From positions 3,293,267 to 3,357,266 of the forward strand of contig BDGG01000004.1 in assembly GCA_001949185.1 (NCBI GenBank): 64,000 nucleotides of DNA, in the 5' to 3' direction. The notes beneath the pieces are model-generated. The model was not told where the DNA came from. It ran no database searches and worked only from the letters and a program-made list of their open reading frames with translations. Positions 1 through 14,200 of this stretch are shown piece after piece. Both the position numbers and the translations under genes were made by a program. How positions within the stretch are numbered: position 1 is the stretch's first letter; each line of letters starts with the position of its first letter. This DNA is from Ramazzottius varieornatus. Taxonomy: Eukaryota > Animalia > Tardigrada.

Positions 1-1222
1 TTGATTGAAGACGACAGAGCCCTTAATTAAGAATTCCGTAATTCATCCACTGGTCAAGACAACCTGTCAGGCCTGCATCTAGCGTCCGATTTGGTGACCT
101 AACAAAGCGCACATGATGATGAGAGATTTCTACAAACAGAAGCATCGTCAACGTTCAGCAAGCAGGTAAGATATCGCCGTGACGGTCCACAAGTGCTGAG
201 ACACACTCAAACGATTACTCAATGCAATTTTCCATAACGGATTCTTACCTCTTTGGATGTGCCTCAGGACTAGCTCAGAATCTCCTTCATCCGTGCTCGC
301 TTTGTTGTAGACTAGTGCATTCGGTATCCAAAACATGGGTAGAATGTAGTAGTCCGATAGCCAAGTCATAAACCAATGAGCATCTATCTGAACTTCGCAA
401 AACGAATTATACGAGTATTTTTGCTTTTCTCTGAAATTTTGACCCCTGGGGCGCCGAAGGGGCAGCTTAATTTAGCAGGCCAGCAATATTGCAAAGGTCA
501 ACGTTAAGGGGGTGGCGGTGATCCCGGCCCGGCACGGTGGTTCTGCAGTGTATGACCAGAGAAGGCGCAATGGACAGTGGTCATGCGATGAAATGGCCAT
601 CTCAGAAAATAACAAAGTTTCCGCCTAATGAGGCATTGAGTTCTATCTATCATCCCGCTTGCTGCGTGCCGAATGTATGAAATACTTTTACTGCACAGAC
701 CTTTCCGGGTCGAGCCGTCGAGGGTCAGTGATCAATGATCGCGCATTGTTTTTGCCGGATGTTTCTCCATGGCTTCGACCGAGGACCGCGGACGGGCACA
801 TCGGAAGCTGAAATTGCAGTCAAGTTTTGCCATCTGATAAAACCGGTGACCAGTTGTTTTACCACTACTTTGTCAACTTACTGAACCCACGGCGTCGAAA
901 CTTCGTTTGACCCGTTCGCTGTACCGTACAAGCTATTCCGACCGGCGACGTCCAGATGTTAGGATTCAGACATTAAATCAACAAGGCATCCCGATAACAC
1001 TCTCATCGCTCAGACTTATGAATACACCAGCTGAACCATTTCCATCGACGGAATCATACTATATATGTATTTATTCCGGAGCTGTTGCAATAGCCCGACC
1101 GGCAACAGACCAAGTGAGTAACAAAACAATACCGCTCTGAACCAGTCACTAGACTGCAGTGGGTATCGTGCAGGACCCAAGAGCACGTTCCGCAAAACAT
1201 AAAACAAATAACAGCATGAAAC

Positions 1223-4200
1223 TTAGTGGGTTCTATGGTGCTTTAAAGTCTCAGCAGGTGTAAAGTAGAAAGTTCGAGAACATTTATCACAGAAATACTC
1301 GTTAGCCAAGGGATTACGAGGGGCGTCGTCTTCCGCTTCCACAAATGCACTCACATCTGCAAATGCATCCACTGGGCCATCACTTGAACGACTTTGGGGT
1401 GTAAATGAATAAACAGTACCTGAAGAAGTTCGCTCGACGCAGGAAACGAAATGTCTCAAGCGCTCTTCCACAGAGCCCGTAAAGTGCTCTTCGCACTTCA
1501 TGCAGTTCCAGTATATATCGTCGATAATTTTATCATCGTCCTTCATACTGAAACGCAAAATGGGATTACTGATCATCTAACATTTCATCGGGTAGTGAAG
1601 TAACGCCAGGATATACTGACCAGTTGTGTATAAGGTAAGAAGTGAGCTCCTGACCACCTTTGCGAGCTGACGTGGACCCAGAAGAGAAATCAGTCTCAGA
1701 AGACCCTGCACCAAAACTGGGTGATTTAGTATATATCTGCACAGTGCGAAACGTCGAACGACGTTGTACATACGGTACAAGGTCTTCAGGTCGGCAGACA
1801 TGAGTCTTTGCAAAGAATGAATCACATGAGTGGAGACGAAGTTGCACAGATGGCCACTAAGCTCCTTTTCCAATGCCTTGATGTTGTCCTGGGTCTTCCT
1901 CCCACTCTCCACAGCACTGGTTCGCGCTTCTACAGATCAAACATGAATATTAATACAGCAGCTAAAGTCTGGTGGTAATTAGTACGGAAAAACAATCTTG
2001 GTGAGTGATACCCGATAACCGACTATCCAGCAGCCTTTGCCACAGAGTTCGAACCCAAATCGCCGATTCCAAAATGTCCAACGCATCATTGGCGTTTACA
2101 ATGTGGATATCAATCCACTGGTCGAACACCATTCTGCAAAAGCAAAGAAAACTTGGAAGTTATTTCTATGTTATGCGTGCAAAAGAGACGAAGCACCTTG
2201 TGCAGTCGGCATTGGTATCGACGGAAGTGGCGAATAGCAACAAGGTCTGAAGAGCCTTAGCTTTCGTGCAATTCATAAGATACGGCTTGTTCGTTTCCAG
2301 CAGCGACACATAGACCAACAGAGGATGCTGATCGCTATAGGTCCCTCGGCGACCCGACCTGTCCGACCCAAGAACCTCAGTCTGAGAGACGACAAGGAGT
2401 TCGGGTTGTAGGGCGAAAACGCTGGTTGGATGCAGCACCACATACGGCTTTGACTTTGTATGGAACACTTGATCGGCGGTTGCACTGTTGCAGCTGTCAG
2501 CAATAGCAAAATTCGGATACAGACCGGCACACAGGATCAACTTTAGGATCAGAATCTCCTGCTCCGTGAGGTTCCCCGTGGCTTCCAGCATATCATTCAA
2601 GTTGGACTGGTCGTTCGCCAGCTGGAACTCAATGTTCTGAATGTCCACCTCGTCGTTATCCTTCTCATTATCGCTCGCGGCAGTCTCTTCGTCCAACGAC
2701 AGGACTTTTCTATCCTTCTTGGTGCGTTGTGCGGTACGCTTGAGAAAGCGAAGCTGTCGCACCTCTCCTCTCCGTTGAAGAGAATCTTCCATAAATTTCC
2801 GGGAGTTGAGCAGTCCGCCTTCTTTCAGAATCTCGCGAAACTGCCCGCACAGCTTGGTGATTTCGTATAGTCGTTGCTCCTCAACGCCCCTAGATAGATG
2901 CCATATTTCTGATCAACGTTACCGGTAACATGTCATTGGATCGACTCGTCCAGTACTATGAGTACGGTATGCGGAGAACGTGGCTTGAAAGAGTCTTACT
3001 CACCTTTTTCGACACCACCGGCGCGAGCCGTCATTTCTATCCGACTTTGTCTTCTCAACCAACCACGAGTTAAAGACCTTCAACAAGGTTAGTGAGTCTC
3101 CGTGTTTGGAGAAGTCCTTCTCCAGTAAAGCCTTAGAATCCAAGTCTCGGAAAGCTTTGTTCGTGAAAGGAGTCTGTACAGAAAGCGCGGCAGTGACGAA
3201 CAGCGTGACTTCCAGGAGAGAAAAGATTACGGTGCCAGAGATCAGAATTTTCCCGATTGTGACGTCCAGCTACAAAACATTTCATCGTGGTTGCTGAATG
3301 ACATACAGTATGTCACAGTGCATAACTTGAAGGAAATTACTTACCGGCAGACTTGCAAGCGCTTCGCCGACTTTCGTCAGGGACTCTTCCGGAGTGATGG
3401 CTCCATGATTCTTCAAACTTGTCATGCACTGCTCGATCACAGCAGATGATGGCGGCTCGATGAAGGGGAAGTTTCGAACGTCTGTCAGACCCATTGCTAA
3501 CATTTGCAGAATCAAGCTCTCTAACGGCACCCGTTGTATTTCTGGGGTTGAGAAGGAAGCGAAGTTCTCGTAATCACTCTCTTGATACATACTAAAACAC
3601 AACTTTTCGGTAGCACCAGAGACTGGCAGACAAGAAGACTTCCCTTACCGGTAACATACTCCGGGACCTGTTCGTCCAGCTCGTCCTTTCCGTTGCTCTG
3701 AACTGGCTTGACTTATCCAAAACTCTTGAAGGCGTTGCATGTGGTACTTTGCGTCGTAACTCATCTCTTTGACTTTCCCCGAATCGATCACAAAGCGAAC
3801 CCCGTCTATAGTCACCGATGTTTCGGCGATGTTTGTGGATATGATGCACTTCCTCACACCGGTGGGAGCAATATCAAAAACCTGTAACATAATTCATCTA
3901 TACAATGTCATATTATCGGACTTTGAGTTTGAGATAACTGATGAACACTGTACGTACGACACCCTACCTTGTCCTGTTCGGCCAATGAGAGCGAACTATG
4001 AAGCGACAGTACGATCCACTTCCGGGTTTCTTGCGCGTACTGAGTTACCGCTTCGGCACACGTGGTAATCTCATTGATACCACTGACGACAAACATTCAT
4101 CAACGCAACAAGAAGACCCGAAAGACTATTACACCTACCTACCTTAGGAAAATTAAGACATCGCCTCTTTCGGACGAAGGGTACTACGAAGATACCAGCG

Positions 4201-6233
4201 ATGGTGACATACATATGACACCTGCACATCGCGAAGCTTACCTTATTGTCGATCATCTCTAATATGCGGACGTATGGTGCAGGGTTGAAGCGGGAAGAGC
4301 TTCGTGCTTCGTGAGAGATGGGTTTGTAGTTGACTTGAATCGGAAACAGGCGCCCGGGTACCTTCAGAACGTCAAGTCAGAGATAAAGTGTCCGAAGTGC
4401 TACCATAATAGGTAAACAGCAAATGAAAAAGGAATCCTATCTCCACCTGTACGACTGGGGCGTTGTCAAAATACCGGGCGAACAGTTCGATGTTAATGGT
4501 GGCCGACCTATAGTATGGAAAAACTAATGCGGCAGATTCCTCAGTTTGAAAGTATCCTTTTTCGAAACCTACATCAACACTATGCGAAGATCTGGTCGTT
4601 GGCTGATCAAGGAACGAACGATACCCAATAAGAAATCGCTGTGTAAATGGCGCTCATGGACCTGCAGGCAGAAACGGAAGCCAGCTATTAGTCGTGTAGT
4701 GCAGCCGAGGTTCGGTTATATCATGTCGCCGTACCTCATCGAGAACAATAACGTTGTACTTATCCAGAACGGAATCCGATCCGATCTGTCTTAGAAGAAG
4801 TCCTAGGAGAAAAAAGACTGTGTTAGGCCAGCAGGGCGCTTGGTCAGCGTGGTCAGGGGTCGCCGAACCTTCGGTCATGAACACGATCTTCGTCTGGGAG
4901 GTCGTGGTTTTCTCGAATCGAATTTGGTATGCGACCTGCGATCCGTATTCATTCAAGGTTTCGAAGGCCACTCGTTTCGACAGTGATATACAGGCGATGC
5001 GGCGAGGCTGCGTACAGCAGACGTTCTCAAAACCGGCCTTCAGGAGATATTGCGGCACCTGGATATATAGCGAATGGATCATACAGCTTGCGATCATGGA
5101 TCCCCGTAAAACAGGAAGCTACGAGTAGGTATAACCGTACTTGAGTGGACTTTCCGCAACCTGCATCATTCAGGATACAGTATTGATACTAAGTGGAACG
5201 AAGAGATATCAGTCGCAAACAGACCAAAGACTCACCTGTGTCTCCACTGGAACCAGAAACAGGAAACAAAATCAAACCGGCAGTCAAGTTGAATAAACCA
5301 CAGATCAAGTTGAATAAGCTTTGGGATTAAGTCGCCTGCTTAGTATCATACCTGACTATTACGATCGAGTTCGCCTGGATGAGTTCCAGTATCTTTCCTC
5401 GGTAGTTACTGATAGGCAAGTTCGCCTGAGCCGCTCGTAGTTTCTGGTATTTCTGGAACTCCTGTTTCTCCAGAAAGTCCACATAACACAGCGCGGCATA
5501 GTGTAGGGTCTTTAGTCCGTCCGGTGGAATTTCCAACGAGTATTCTGCAACAAGAACAGCTCGGTTAAATTCAAAGAACAGCTTGTATTATATATGAAAG
5601 AAGCATTGTCCTTCTAACTCGGCAGGAACCGCGGCAAAAAACTTCCACGACGCAAACATACCGTCATCCCCTCGTACAAACTGATAGCGATGTACGATAT
5701 TAAAGTTCCTCGGTGTCAGGTGAAATCTGCTAGTAGCGTTCTTAATAACACAATTCCGTGCATTTCCTGTAAATAGAAGTGCTCTCGAACGTCAGACATG
5801 TTGGTGGGTTACTGTAACAGGATTCATTATGAAATCTCCCGTAACGGCTAGGTATGCAATATACACCAATACAGGACTTACCATTTCGTTCCGCGAGTCG
5901 ACCGCAGTTCTCCAACAGCTTTTTGAAGAATGACCAAAAGTCATCTCTAAGTCGGTTGTCTCCTTCGATAATTCCTCCGCGACCAAACATAATTTTCATG
6001 ATATTTCTTTTGTGAGCATCCCAGTCAAATCGTATGGGCACACGGACGTCGTCGAAGGAGGACAGTATACCATCCCAAATGTTTTCTCCCGTCGCTTGCG
6101 CCGACGGACTGCCGGCCACACGATCGGTCGATTCCCTTCGTTTGTCCTTCCGATGTCGTATCCTGGACCTATCATCCTGTGATGATTCCCGATGTCGACG
6201 TCTTGAGCTGCTCCCATGTTTGGGCAAAGACAT
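1223..6233 (-). CDS. DHX34: DEAH-box RNA helicase DHX34 (NMD factor, SMGL-2 orthologue), multi-exon
   Basis: Spliced translation gives SGDTGCGKSTQ (Walker A), [67 protein letters not shown], the OB-fold region LHPTSVF...LLETNKPYL, and the C-terminal zinc finger [24 protein letters not shown] typical of DHX34. Start ATG 6233 chosen; in-frame ATG 6371 is an alternative. Confidence 0.95.
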
Positions 6234-6676
6234 CTCACAAGACAGTTTCACCTCAACCGCGGGCAACCCCAAATGGGTTTCCGCTACTGCACCTATCTCA
6301 CGAGACTCGTTATCGTCAGACTCTCCGAAGTGCAAACTTGGATAAAATTCGAAATTAGTAACTAAAGACATTTAAAATGCACTGAACGCGCTGTAAACAA
6401 ACCAAGTGCGTACACGCATGTACGTACCATCAGGGCAGAGAGATTGGAGAAGCCACCATGCAGCCAAGTTGCGATAACCAGCTGCTCCAGCAGAATCCAG
6501 ATTCTGATTTCTGAACCTCTTCAAGATCTTCGCACGCGATCTGCATGACGTTGTTTTCCTTTATGCAAGGACCGTTATACATTACTGTATCTTGTGGCTG
6601 GTGCTGAGTCCACAAACCTTTGAAGTAGGAAGTGAAGCATAGCGCCCGGAGGAGTACATCGGCAGCTGACGGCAGT
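6234..6676. promoter_or_regulatory. Putative bidirectional promoter DHX34/TIMM21
   Basis: 443 bp between divergent start codons; inferred from gene geometry only. Confidence 0.55.
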
Positions 6677-7880
6677 ATGTCATCTTTGTCTTCGATTAGC
6701 TCTCGACATCTTTCTAACACTGGCCTGGAAAACCTGAAGCTATTCATCTTTAACCACCATTCGACTGGAAGGAATCGATCATACAGCCTTTGCGCATTCG
6801 CAAGACGGACAGTATGGCAGCAGTTGCCCTCGATGCATCGTACTCCTCGCGAGACGAGTCGGAAGCTTCAGACCGAGTCTTCTTCCAACAGAAGCCTTCC
6901 GTCGACGCATGTGTCGTCAGGCGAAAAAGGTAAGAACTCTCTCGCTGCAGCGATATTCTGAAACCGGATATCCCGAGGAATCGATTGACTTTATGCGACT
7001 ATCGGCTTGCAGTGAAACAGGCGTCTAAGGATGTGTTTTATACGGGTGTTGTCGTGGCGGGAATCAGTATAACAGGTACGAGTACCACAATATATTTGAC
7101 GAGCTGACCATGGTCCGTAAAGCCGTTACACTACGAGCACACAAGTGTACGCAGGGGATTTCGTGCTGAAAATGCAGGAACAACATTGCGCGAAATCCGT
7201 TCTAAAACAACTTGTTTTCAGGCTTGCTTGGATATTTGATTTTTCGGTACGTTGAAGGTCCATAGATTTCCGGCGGCGACGCATATTGTACATGCTGGAA
7301 ACATCTTAACGGTTTGCTTTTTGCAGTGAGCTGTTCTCGTCTAACAGCGCGAACGGAGTGTACAAAGACGCCCTGAAACTCTGCAAAAATGACATCCGAG
7401 TAAGATTCTTTCGCTTTTTCCGATTTTGACCTGCAGATGTACGGTGTATCTGCGAAATTTTGCGGAGGGCGCTGATCTTGCACAAAGTTTTGCTGCATTC
7501 AGGTGCAATCCATACTAGGTTCGCCCGTGAAAGCTCACGGTGAAACCTCAAGGAGAGGGCACCGCAATCATATTCTGTGAGTGACAGTCATCTGAGTCAG
7601 ATACCACTAGCACCACATATTGGCACGACAGTTTAGCAGTGAACAATTTTGTTGAAGGTCAGCAGAATGGAAGGAAGCTGAAGCAGCCGGAGGTGACCAG
7701 CATATCATTCAGGTTAAATTTCACGTGCAGGGCCCTTTTAACCGCGGAACAGTCTACGCAGAGAAGAATGTAACCAAAGGCGAATACAGGACTTTGATAT
7801 TCCAAACCGACAATAAGCGGGAACGGTTCTCGTTTCTAGAGCCACCTGAACCTCAGAAATCCATATTTGCTCTCGCATAA
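6677..7880 (+). CDS. TIMM21: Mitochondrial import inner membrane translocase subunit Tim21
   Basis: Mostly invisible in the ORF track. Small exons (6677-6929, 7013-7075, 7222-7246, 7327-7399, 7503-7576, 7658-7880) join through GT-AG sites to ...EKVKQASKDVFYTGVVVAGISITGLLGYLIFRELFSSNSANGVYKDALKLCKNDIRVQSILGSPVKAHGETSRRGHRNHIL...QVKFHVQGPFNRGTVYAE...*, matching Tim21 (TM helix, ELFS, GE.xRRG, KF.xxG). Ser/Arg-rich N-terminus resembles a mitochondrial presequence. Confidence 0.9.
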
Positions 7881-8282
7881 GCGATCGGACGACGTCCAGT
7901 ATGTACAGTGGGTTCTGGACATAATGCTGTTTCACTCCATTTTAGTGCACTGGTTCTTCACCATTTTCAAAGCCTTTTTCTCGGAGCAGCCGTTCGCAGA
8001 CTTTTCACTGTCTTCATTTCACTTCTTGTCTACCCAGGAAGTCATGTACATAGACCTGTGTAACAGAAGAGTCTATAATGTTGGTATAACCACATCAATA
8101 ACTATAGCAGTAACAGTAATAGCTTCGTTAAGGATGTGAACCGGTAAACTAGGGCCCGACAACAAAGTAACTAGTTTTTGCGTGAAAGATCACCGGGTAA
8201 CTCACCGCCGAGCCAGCGTATTAGCAAATGTGAGCTTACAACGAGCAGCAGAAACGAACCCTTTGCTACAGGAACTCTGACT

Positions 8283-9924
8283 TTATCCCGCATCCTTCTT
8301 GCGTATTGTAACGTTGATGGCCAGATTTCCACCGTCGGCAAACAACTACGAAAAGAATATCATTAGTTTGTTGATTACTTCGCACACACTTTCGAAACCA
8401 AGATGGGCGAGCCGGCCATCTTCATGCTTGTTGGTCGATACAGGAAGCTACAGTACCTGTGCGACACTGGAACCGAACATCAAACATTCATCGAAAGCGC
8501 TGGAAATTCCTTCATGGATGGACTTTGGTACAGCATCCCACATTAGGCGGCGGTGGTGTTTTGGGTCGCTCAATTCTAATCTGTAAGAGATCACAGATAT
8601 CAGACAGCAGATCTTACGAGAGGCACGAACATCTCACCTGTACGAAAACTTATGTGCGTCTTGCGGAGTTCCCACATACTGAACAACGGCATAGTAAAAA
8701 GTTGATCCATCCATCTTCTCCTGCTTCTCGAGGACCAGCATGAAATGCTCGTCGAAACACGACTGCAGCATCACCCAGTCTACTGCACCAGGAAGTGAGA
8801 TGTCCGTGGCGAGAAAGACAATATCATACCCTGTAAAATAAAGGAACATCACAAAGGAAATGCGTAGTCCAGTATCGTAACGACGGCGAAAAAGCTCCAC
8901 CTTGCAGGGTCGTGATGCTTTTATGCAAATCCAGCAAATGTGGTATCACGTGTTGGAGAGCCCCTGTCCAGCAACAAGCAGCTCCTGGACAACAGCAACT
9001 ATAGGGCCGAAGTTGACAGACTTCCTCATGAACCAGTTTGTCGGAACAGGCGAGCGAAGCCTCACAGCCGCGATCTGCCCATCGGCACGGGAACGACACG
9101 GTCAAGGCAACCTGTCAAATGTAAGCCCGTTTCACAGACGCTGGTACACGACCGTCAGTTTTTCGCTCACCTTCTCCATCGCTAAATTTCGAATATGTCC
9201 TGCAAGGTAAGGTTGTTGTTGGCCTTCGTATAAGTGCAAAACCAGCAGCAAACCAAGGAGCCTTGTGGCCACGCCATTGCTCACCGATGGAGGCTCTGCA
9301 TGTTGGACAAATAGAAAGCTTTTCCCTGCATCTGGAGCAGACCATATGCCCACTTTGGCACTGCAAAACAGTATCAGCTACCTTACATACATACAGCGAG
9401 AACGTAAGAATATACACCGAGCGATATATTCAAGAACCCGATCAACGAACTGAGCTATATTCAGTGTGCAATACTCTGAGTTTTGGGACAGTGGTGGTTT
9501 ATAACATACTTGCAACAGTGGAGGAATCGAATAGTCGAAGCACACTGGAAAAAAAGACAAGATATACATGAAAAGGTTATGTCTTTCGAGCAAAGTACCA
9601 TAAGTCAAACCTGGACACTCAAACAGGCTAAGCAATGCATCCGCGTTCACGGACGTCGACCGGGTTGCTGGGGCTGCCGAGCTTCCTGCTGATGCCTGCT
9701 GCAGTTCCAACGCACGAGTGGATACTCCGGGAGCTTGATACTGTTTGACAGCGGAGCCATCTCCTAAGGATCCAAATGCCAGATTAAACCAACGTTAAGC
9801 ACGTAAGGCTTTCGTCCAGCGTGTAGTGATATGCATCGGATAACAGCCCACAAGTACCTGTCTGATACGCTGCTTGTCTTCCCGTTCGCCCTAGCCGTCC
9901 GAGAGTTCCGTTATGACTTGGCAT
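8283..9924 (-). CDS. SIAH1: E3 ubiquitin ligase Seven-in-absentia (SINA/SIAH)
   Basis: Spliced: [42 protein letters not shown] (C3HC4 RING), [10 protein letters not shown], zinc fingers, [54 protein letters not shown]...*. First coding exon MPSHNGTL.. (ATG 9924) joins in phase. Confidence 0.95.
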
Positions 9925-11241
9925 GACGGAAACGGAGGAGCTGCAGGATAATGTAGCACGATAATTACTGACTGGGGAAGCGAGCGGAAGTTCATCCAGC
10001 TATGTCAACTGTGGATGCATCCCCTCTCAGTCTCCAAAAACGTCCTCACGGCTTGTCCCAGGTATGGCCTACTCTGCAGCATCGAGCGTCGCAGGAGATG
10101 AAACCGACGTCGGCAGTTCTGAAAATCGTGGGGAGATCCAAGCTCCGGCGACCAGCATAGACGGCAGAAGATTCTGGTCTCTGGATGAGAAATTGAAATT
10201 TTCAATAGGGTTTTTGATTGTTTGATTTGTGTTGATTTTGATACCCTGGCAGAGCTGATGACGCGCGAATTGACAATCGACTTGAGTTGTCAAAGTATCG
10301 ATTTTATGCACTACCGACAAATTTAATCAAAGAATCAAACACTCGCAGATGGCGCCAATGGACTGATCGTGGAAAGAAAGTGCAACGAGCGCCTCCGAGC
10401 ACTTACCGCTCTAAGTTCTCGGAGGCATTCCTCAGCCCCTAAAGTCCCTGTTTCGGAGCTTCCCAAATCCTGGACGTTGGAGTCTGGATTGTTTTAATGC
10501 AGGTCGAGACACGCACTCTAAGTCAACCCCTTCTATGTTGCTTACCTGGTTTCACCTGCATATTGCTCTCTTCGCCCCACGGATCAATGGAGTCTCCAAA
10601 TGGGCAGGTCGTATTACGTGTGTACGCCATCACTGCCTCAGCCTGCACCAACTGTTTACCTGCCTCTCATCAGTCTCAGCGCATGTCTACAAGCTAGCCC
10701 AACCTTAAACTAGCTCATGCAGAGGAAGCTCGGAGCAATCAGTCGAGAAACGGGTAAGCAAGCTGCGAGCACACGTTATTCCGATAACGTATGGACTAAG
10801 TTTTTCGCTTTATACCAGTGAGTAGCTTGGTAGACATCGTATTTTGTCCGTATATATGTCGTTTCGTACTTGCCTTCCGATTCATTCAACTGTAATTCCG
10901 TAGGCTGACGGTTCGAGTGGTCAAGCTGCCTCCTGCAAGACAGTATGGTAAACTCCTTGGTCGTCATCCCAGCCCGAAGCTTCGCGCCGCGGACATAATC
11001 TCGAGTGTTCCCGCGAAATCTCATCTTTGACAAAGCGAAATTTCACTGTTTAAAGTTTGAGTTCACATCGACGAGCTATTCGGCAATTTATGTTTGAGAA
11101 TTCTCTCCGACTATATATTCATAGATCACTCTTTGCATTTCTAATTTGATAGTTGTATATGGATTTTCTTCTGCCGTCGGTGATATCGTCGAGGTGATCT
11201 CAAAACACCGCGAATTCCTCACAGGAATATTCGTCGGCAGA
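9925..11241. promoter_or_regulatory. Divergent promoter / 5' UTR region shared by SIAH and Girdin
   Basis: Divergent genes. A + strand donor (CGG|gtaagc, ~10753) and an acceptor at ~11224 suggest a non-coding first exon of Girdin. Confidence 0.45.
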
Positions 11242-14200
11242 ATGTCGTCTTTGTGGCCCGTGGAACCCAGTGGGGATTTTTGCATTCAGCAGTTTCGGAA
11301 ATCGTCGCTTGTAAAATGGGTATAATCAGTTTATGGTCTTATTTATTCCCATCTTTATTGCTTAATGGCTGAATGAGTGTGTTTTTTTCCAGGCACTGAT
11401 ATTCGCTAACCAGGACGCCGACCGAGACCCAGAGAGCCAGGGGAATATATGCAGCGTGGAATTTCTGCGAGACATCTTGCGGGAAATGTGAGTACACACC
11501 GCTATTGATGAAAATTACATTTCATCGCGTTAGTAGGACAGCTAAGGCTGGAGATTGCTGTGGGATATTTGCCGTGTTTGGTCGATAAGCACCGTTGCTT
11601 ACTCGGCTAGTCAAAACCGAAAGAAGGGAACCCCTGTTGCGAAAGCTTTCTCTGTCCAGCTGCGGTGTGCTGGACATCTGCTTGATGTTGATCGGGCCTG
11701 TAACAGCTTGGACGCTTGATGCGGCCCAGCCATGCGTTGTATAATTTGATTCCCCCTCTCCATTTTCCTGCAAGATTTCACATCCGTTCAAACGACTCCG
11801 AAGTCGTAACGGGTCAGATAGGAATTGTTGGTGGGCCTAAGGGGTAAAGATAGTCAGACAGATTTTTCGATGAGTCAAAAATCCAATAAGAAGGAAAGCT
11901 AGATGGGTCGTTAAAAAAAATGTGTGCAGAATGGTGAATTTACGATCATTCGGAAAGTGAAATACTAGCTCGTCAAGGTTTTTATTACCGGGTTCTTGGT
12001 TCCTTTTGACTTCCTCGTAGCGAGGCAAAAGGCAAAATCAATTGCAAACTGGGTCGTAGGATAAGTTGTTTCTGGCGTGGACCGCAATAAACATCCAGGC
12101 ATTGTTCGAGCAACGAAACCCGTCTTTAACAATCGAACTGAACAAACTTCCTGTTTGTGGTTAGGCGTGGGGTGTTATTAATTCACTGAAGGAAATGCAG
12201 AGTCCTTCGGACTTCGTTCGATCAAAGTATTGTCCGTGAAGACGCGTTGATTCTATTCGAGCGCTTTGCTCCGAACATGATAAAATAATTTTGGGCGGAA
12301 CTATATACAACCTTTGCTTTCTGTGGAAAATGTAAAACCCTGTGAAATTAGCACGATTAAATTTGGAATTTCAAACACGACAGTTTGGGGCTCTGGACGA
12401 GCTCTGTTTAATTGTATGAGTTACATGCGTTAACCTTGAGTCATACAGTCTGCGGCTATGAGGCAGGATTACCTTACCGGTGAATTATGAATCCAAAACC
12501 TGGTCTTGATTAATAACACTTGATGTACCTGGTACCGTAATGACCCAGTTCATGGTTTAATACTTAATCTTCTTATCTAAAACCACTCTTCAAAGTAGCC
12601 GACGGTCACTCCAAATCCGAGCCGACATGTGCATGGCCCACAAAGACCTTCGCTACTAACCTCAGATTAGAAGTTTATTCTTAATTCACTACGGCGTAAT
12701 CTGTTGCCTTTGTTTACTTGACTTCATGTAAACTGTAACGTACGGCATGAGAAAGTACTTGGTAGGGCAGTCGGTGAATCGATGGGGATCACCGGGGATT
12801 ATATCGTAAGGCTGCCTGACTGCTGTTTATACGAGCTCCTCCACCTCACGCTATGGTTATCTCTTCCATTTGTTGCAATCTGCATTCCGTAGGCTCTTAC
12901 GAGCTTACAACTTTATTTCGATGCCGCACAAGTAAAACAGTATTTCTAGTTCTAGCGAAAACAGCATTTTTAGGTAGGAAAAACTGGGTGATATACTGTC
13001 AGTTAGATAGATCTTTAAGTAGGTAGAATTTATTTCTGTCATCATTTGAGAATAGTTCCACGCGTCAAAGATACACGTGACACGGCAGCGAGATTTTATA
13101 ATGAGAGGAGTGAGATAAGAGAGTTTGCTCAGTGCTGTGGCGTTACTTGCTTAGTGATCCCAGCAGGTGACGGGTGAAGCGAAAAATGCATAAAATGCCA
13201 ATGATTGGCAAATAGAGAATGGCCGTCCAGTGTTAGCAGATCGTGATGTGCCCTTGATTTCTCCCAAGCTGTAGCGCACTCTTCACCAGCACAATAGTGT
13301 TGAGAAGGAGTGTGCGAGTGTGGCTGAGACATCCGGGGGTCAAGATCTCGCCAGCTGTAGTTTACATTCTTGCACACCGTCTACTTAATGACTGTCAAAA
13401 AGGTGAAGGTGAAAAAGGCGCCACTTTTTGTTGCGTAATTTTGCTCAAGAATTACATGGCTCGAAATTGAAAGGCGTGGACTTTGTTAGTGCGATGTTTA
13501 GTGCGGACAAGAACGTTTGTCCAATGTCCACTTCAGAACGATCAGATTGATGAGGGAATCAAGAACGACGGGGCGGTGAGAAGGTGGATGATACATATGG
13601 CAAATTGATACTCCAGCTGTAAACACAAATCTCCACTTTGAATTGTGGATATTGATGTATTCTTGGCTGTCGTTGCGATGAAGGGCGTATATTCGAATGT
13701 GTCATACAAGATTTTATCAAACAACATCAATCTTCAAGTCACAGCCAGCAAGACGCCGTCTAGACAGAACATTTTGACGAACCTTTACCTGTGTAGCTTA
13801 GTCATTTTCAGGTTTTCAAAAGTTCCCCAGAAAATACTCTATACGGGCGGTTAAGTTTGTCCTGTGGACCTGTGGTAATTTTTTTTGCCTTTCAGTAATT
13901 TCAAAATTATGTAGGATTTCCATTTACATGGTTGTCCACTATGAGCGAGGAACTATACTGGCGTTTAAGGTTATGCTCGGCGCTCGCCCAGGCACGATGG
14001 GCAAAGTATATCGAGCTAAACGGCTCGCAAGGACACGTCGGTGCGGAGAGCCAACGAATGGTCGTTTTCTGTTCAAATATGGACGTAGGATTCTCTGAGA
14101 TAGGATGCGTTATATCATACATAAAACTGTTGGCAAATATTAAATTTCAGCTGATCACGGGTGGAACAGATAGGGGCGAGAGACCTCATCTTATACTGCC

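Noticed and set aside
1-1222. Short ORFs (148-369 minus with a strong donor at ~248; 907-1140 plus)
   Set aside because: No recognisable protein and spliced combinations hit early stops. Probably UTR or regulatory sequence of a gene outside the window; left unannotated.
6430-7935. Minus-strand ORFs with Harbinger-transposase-like words (NSFRFSR, FGISKS)
   Set aside because: Wrong order, interrupted by stops, and they are antisense shadows of TIMM21 and its promoter.
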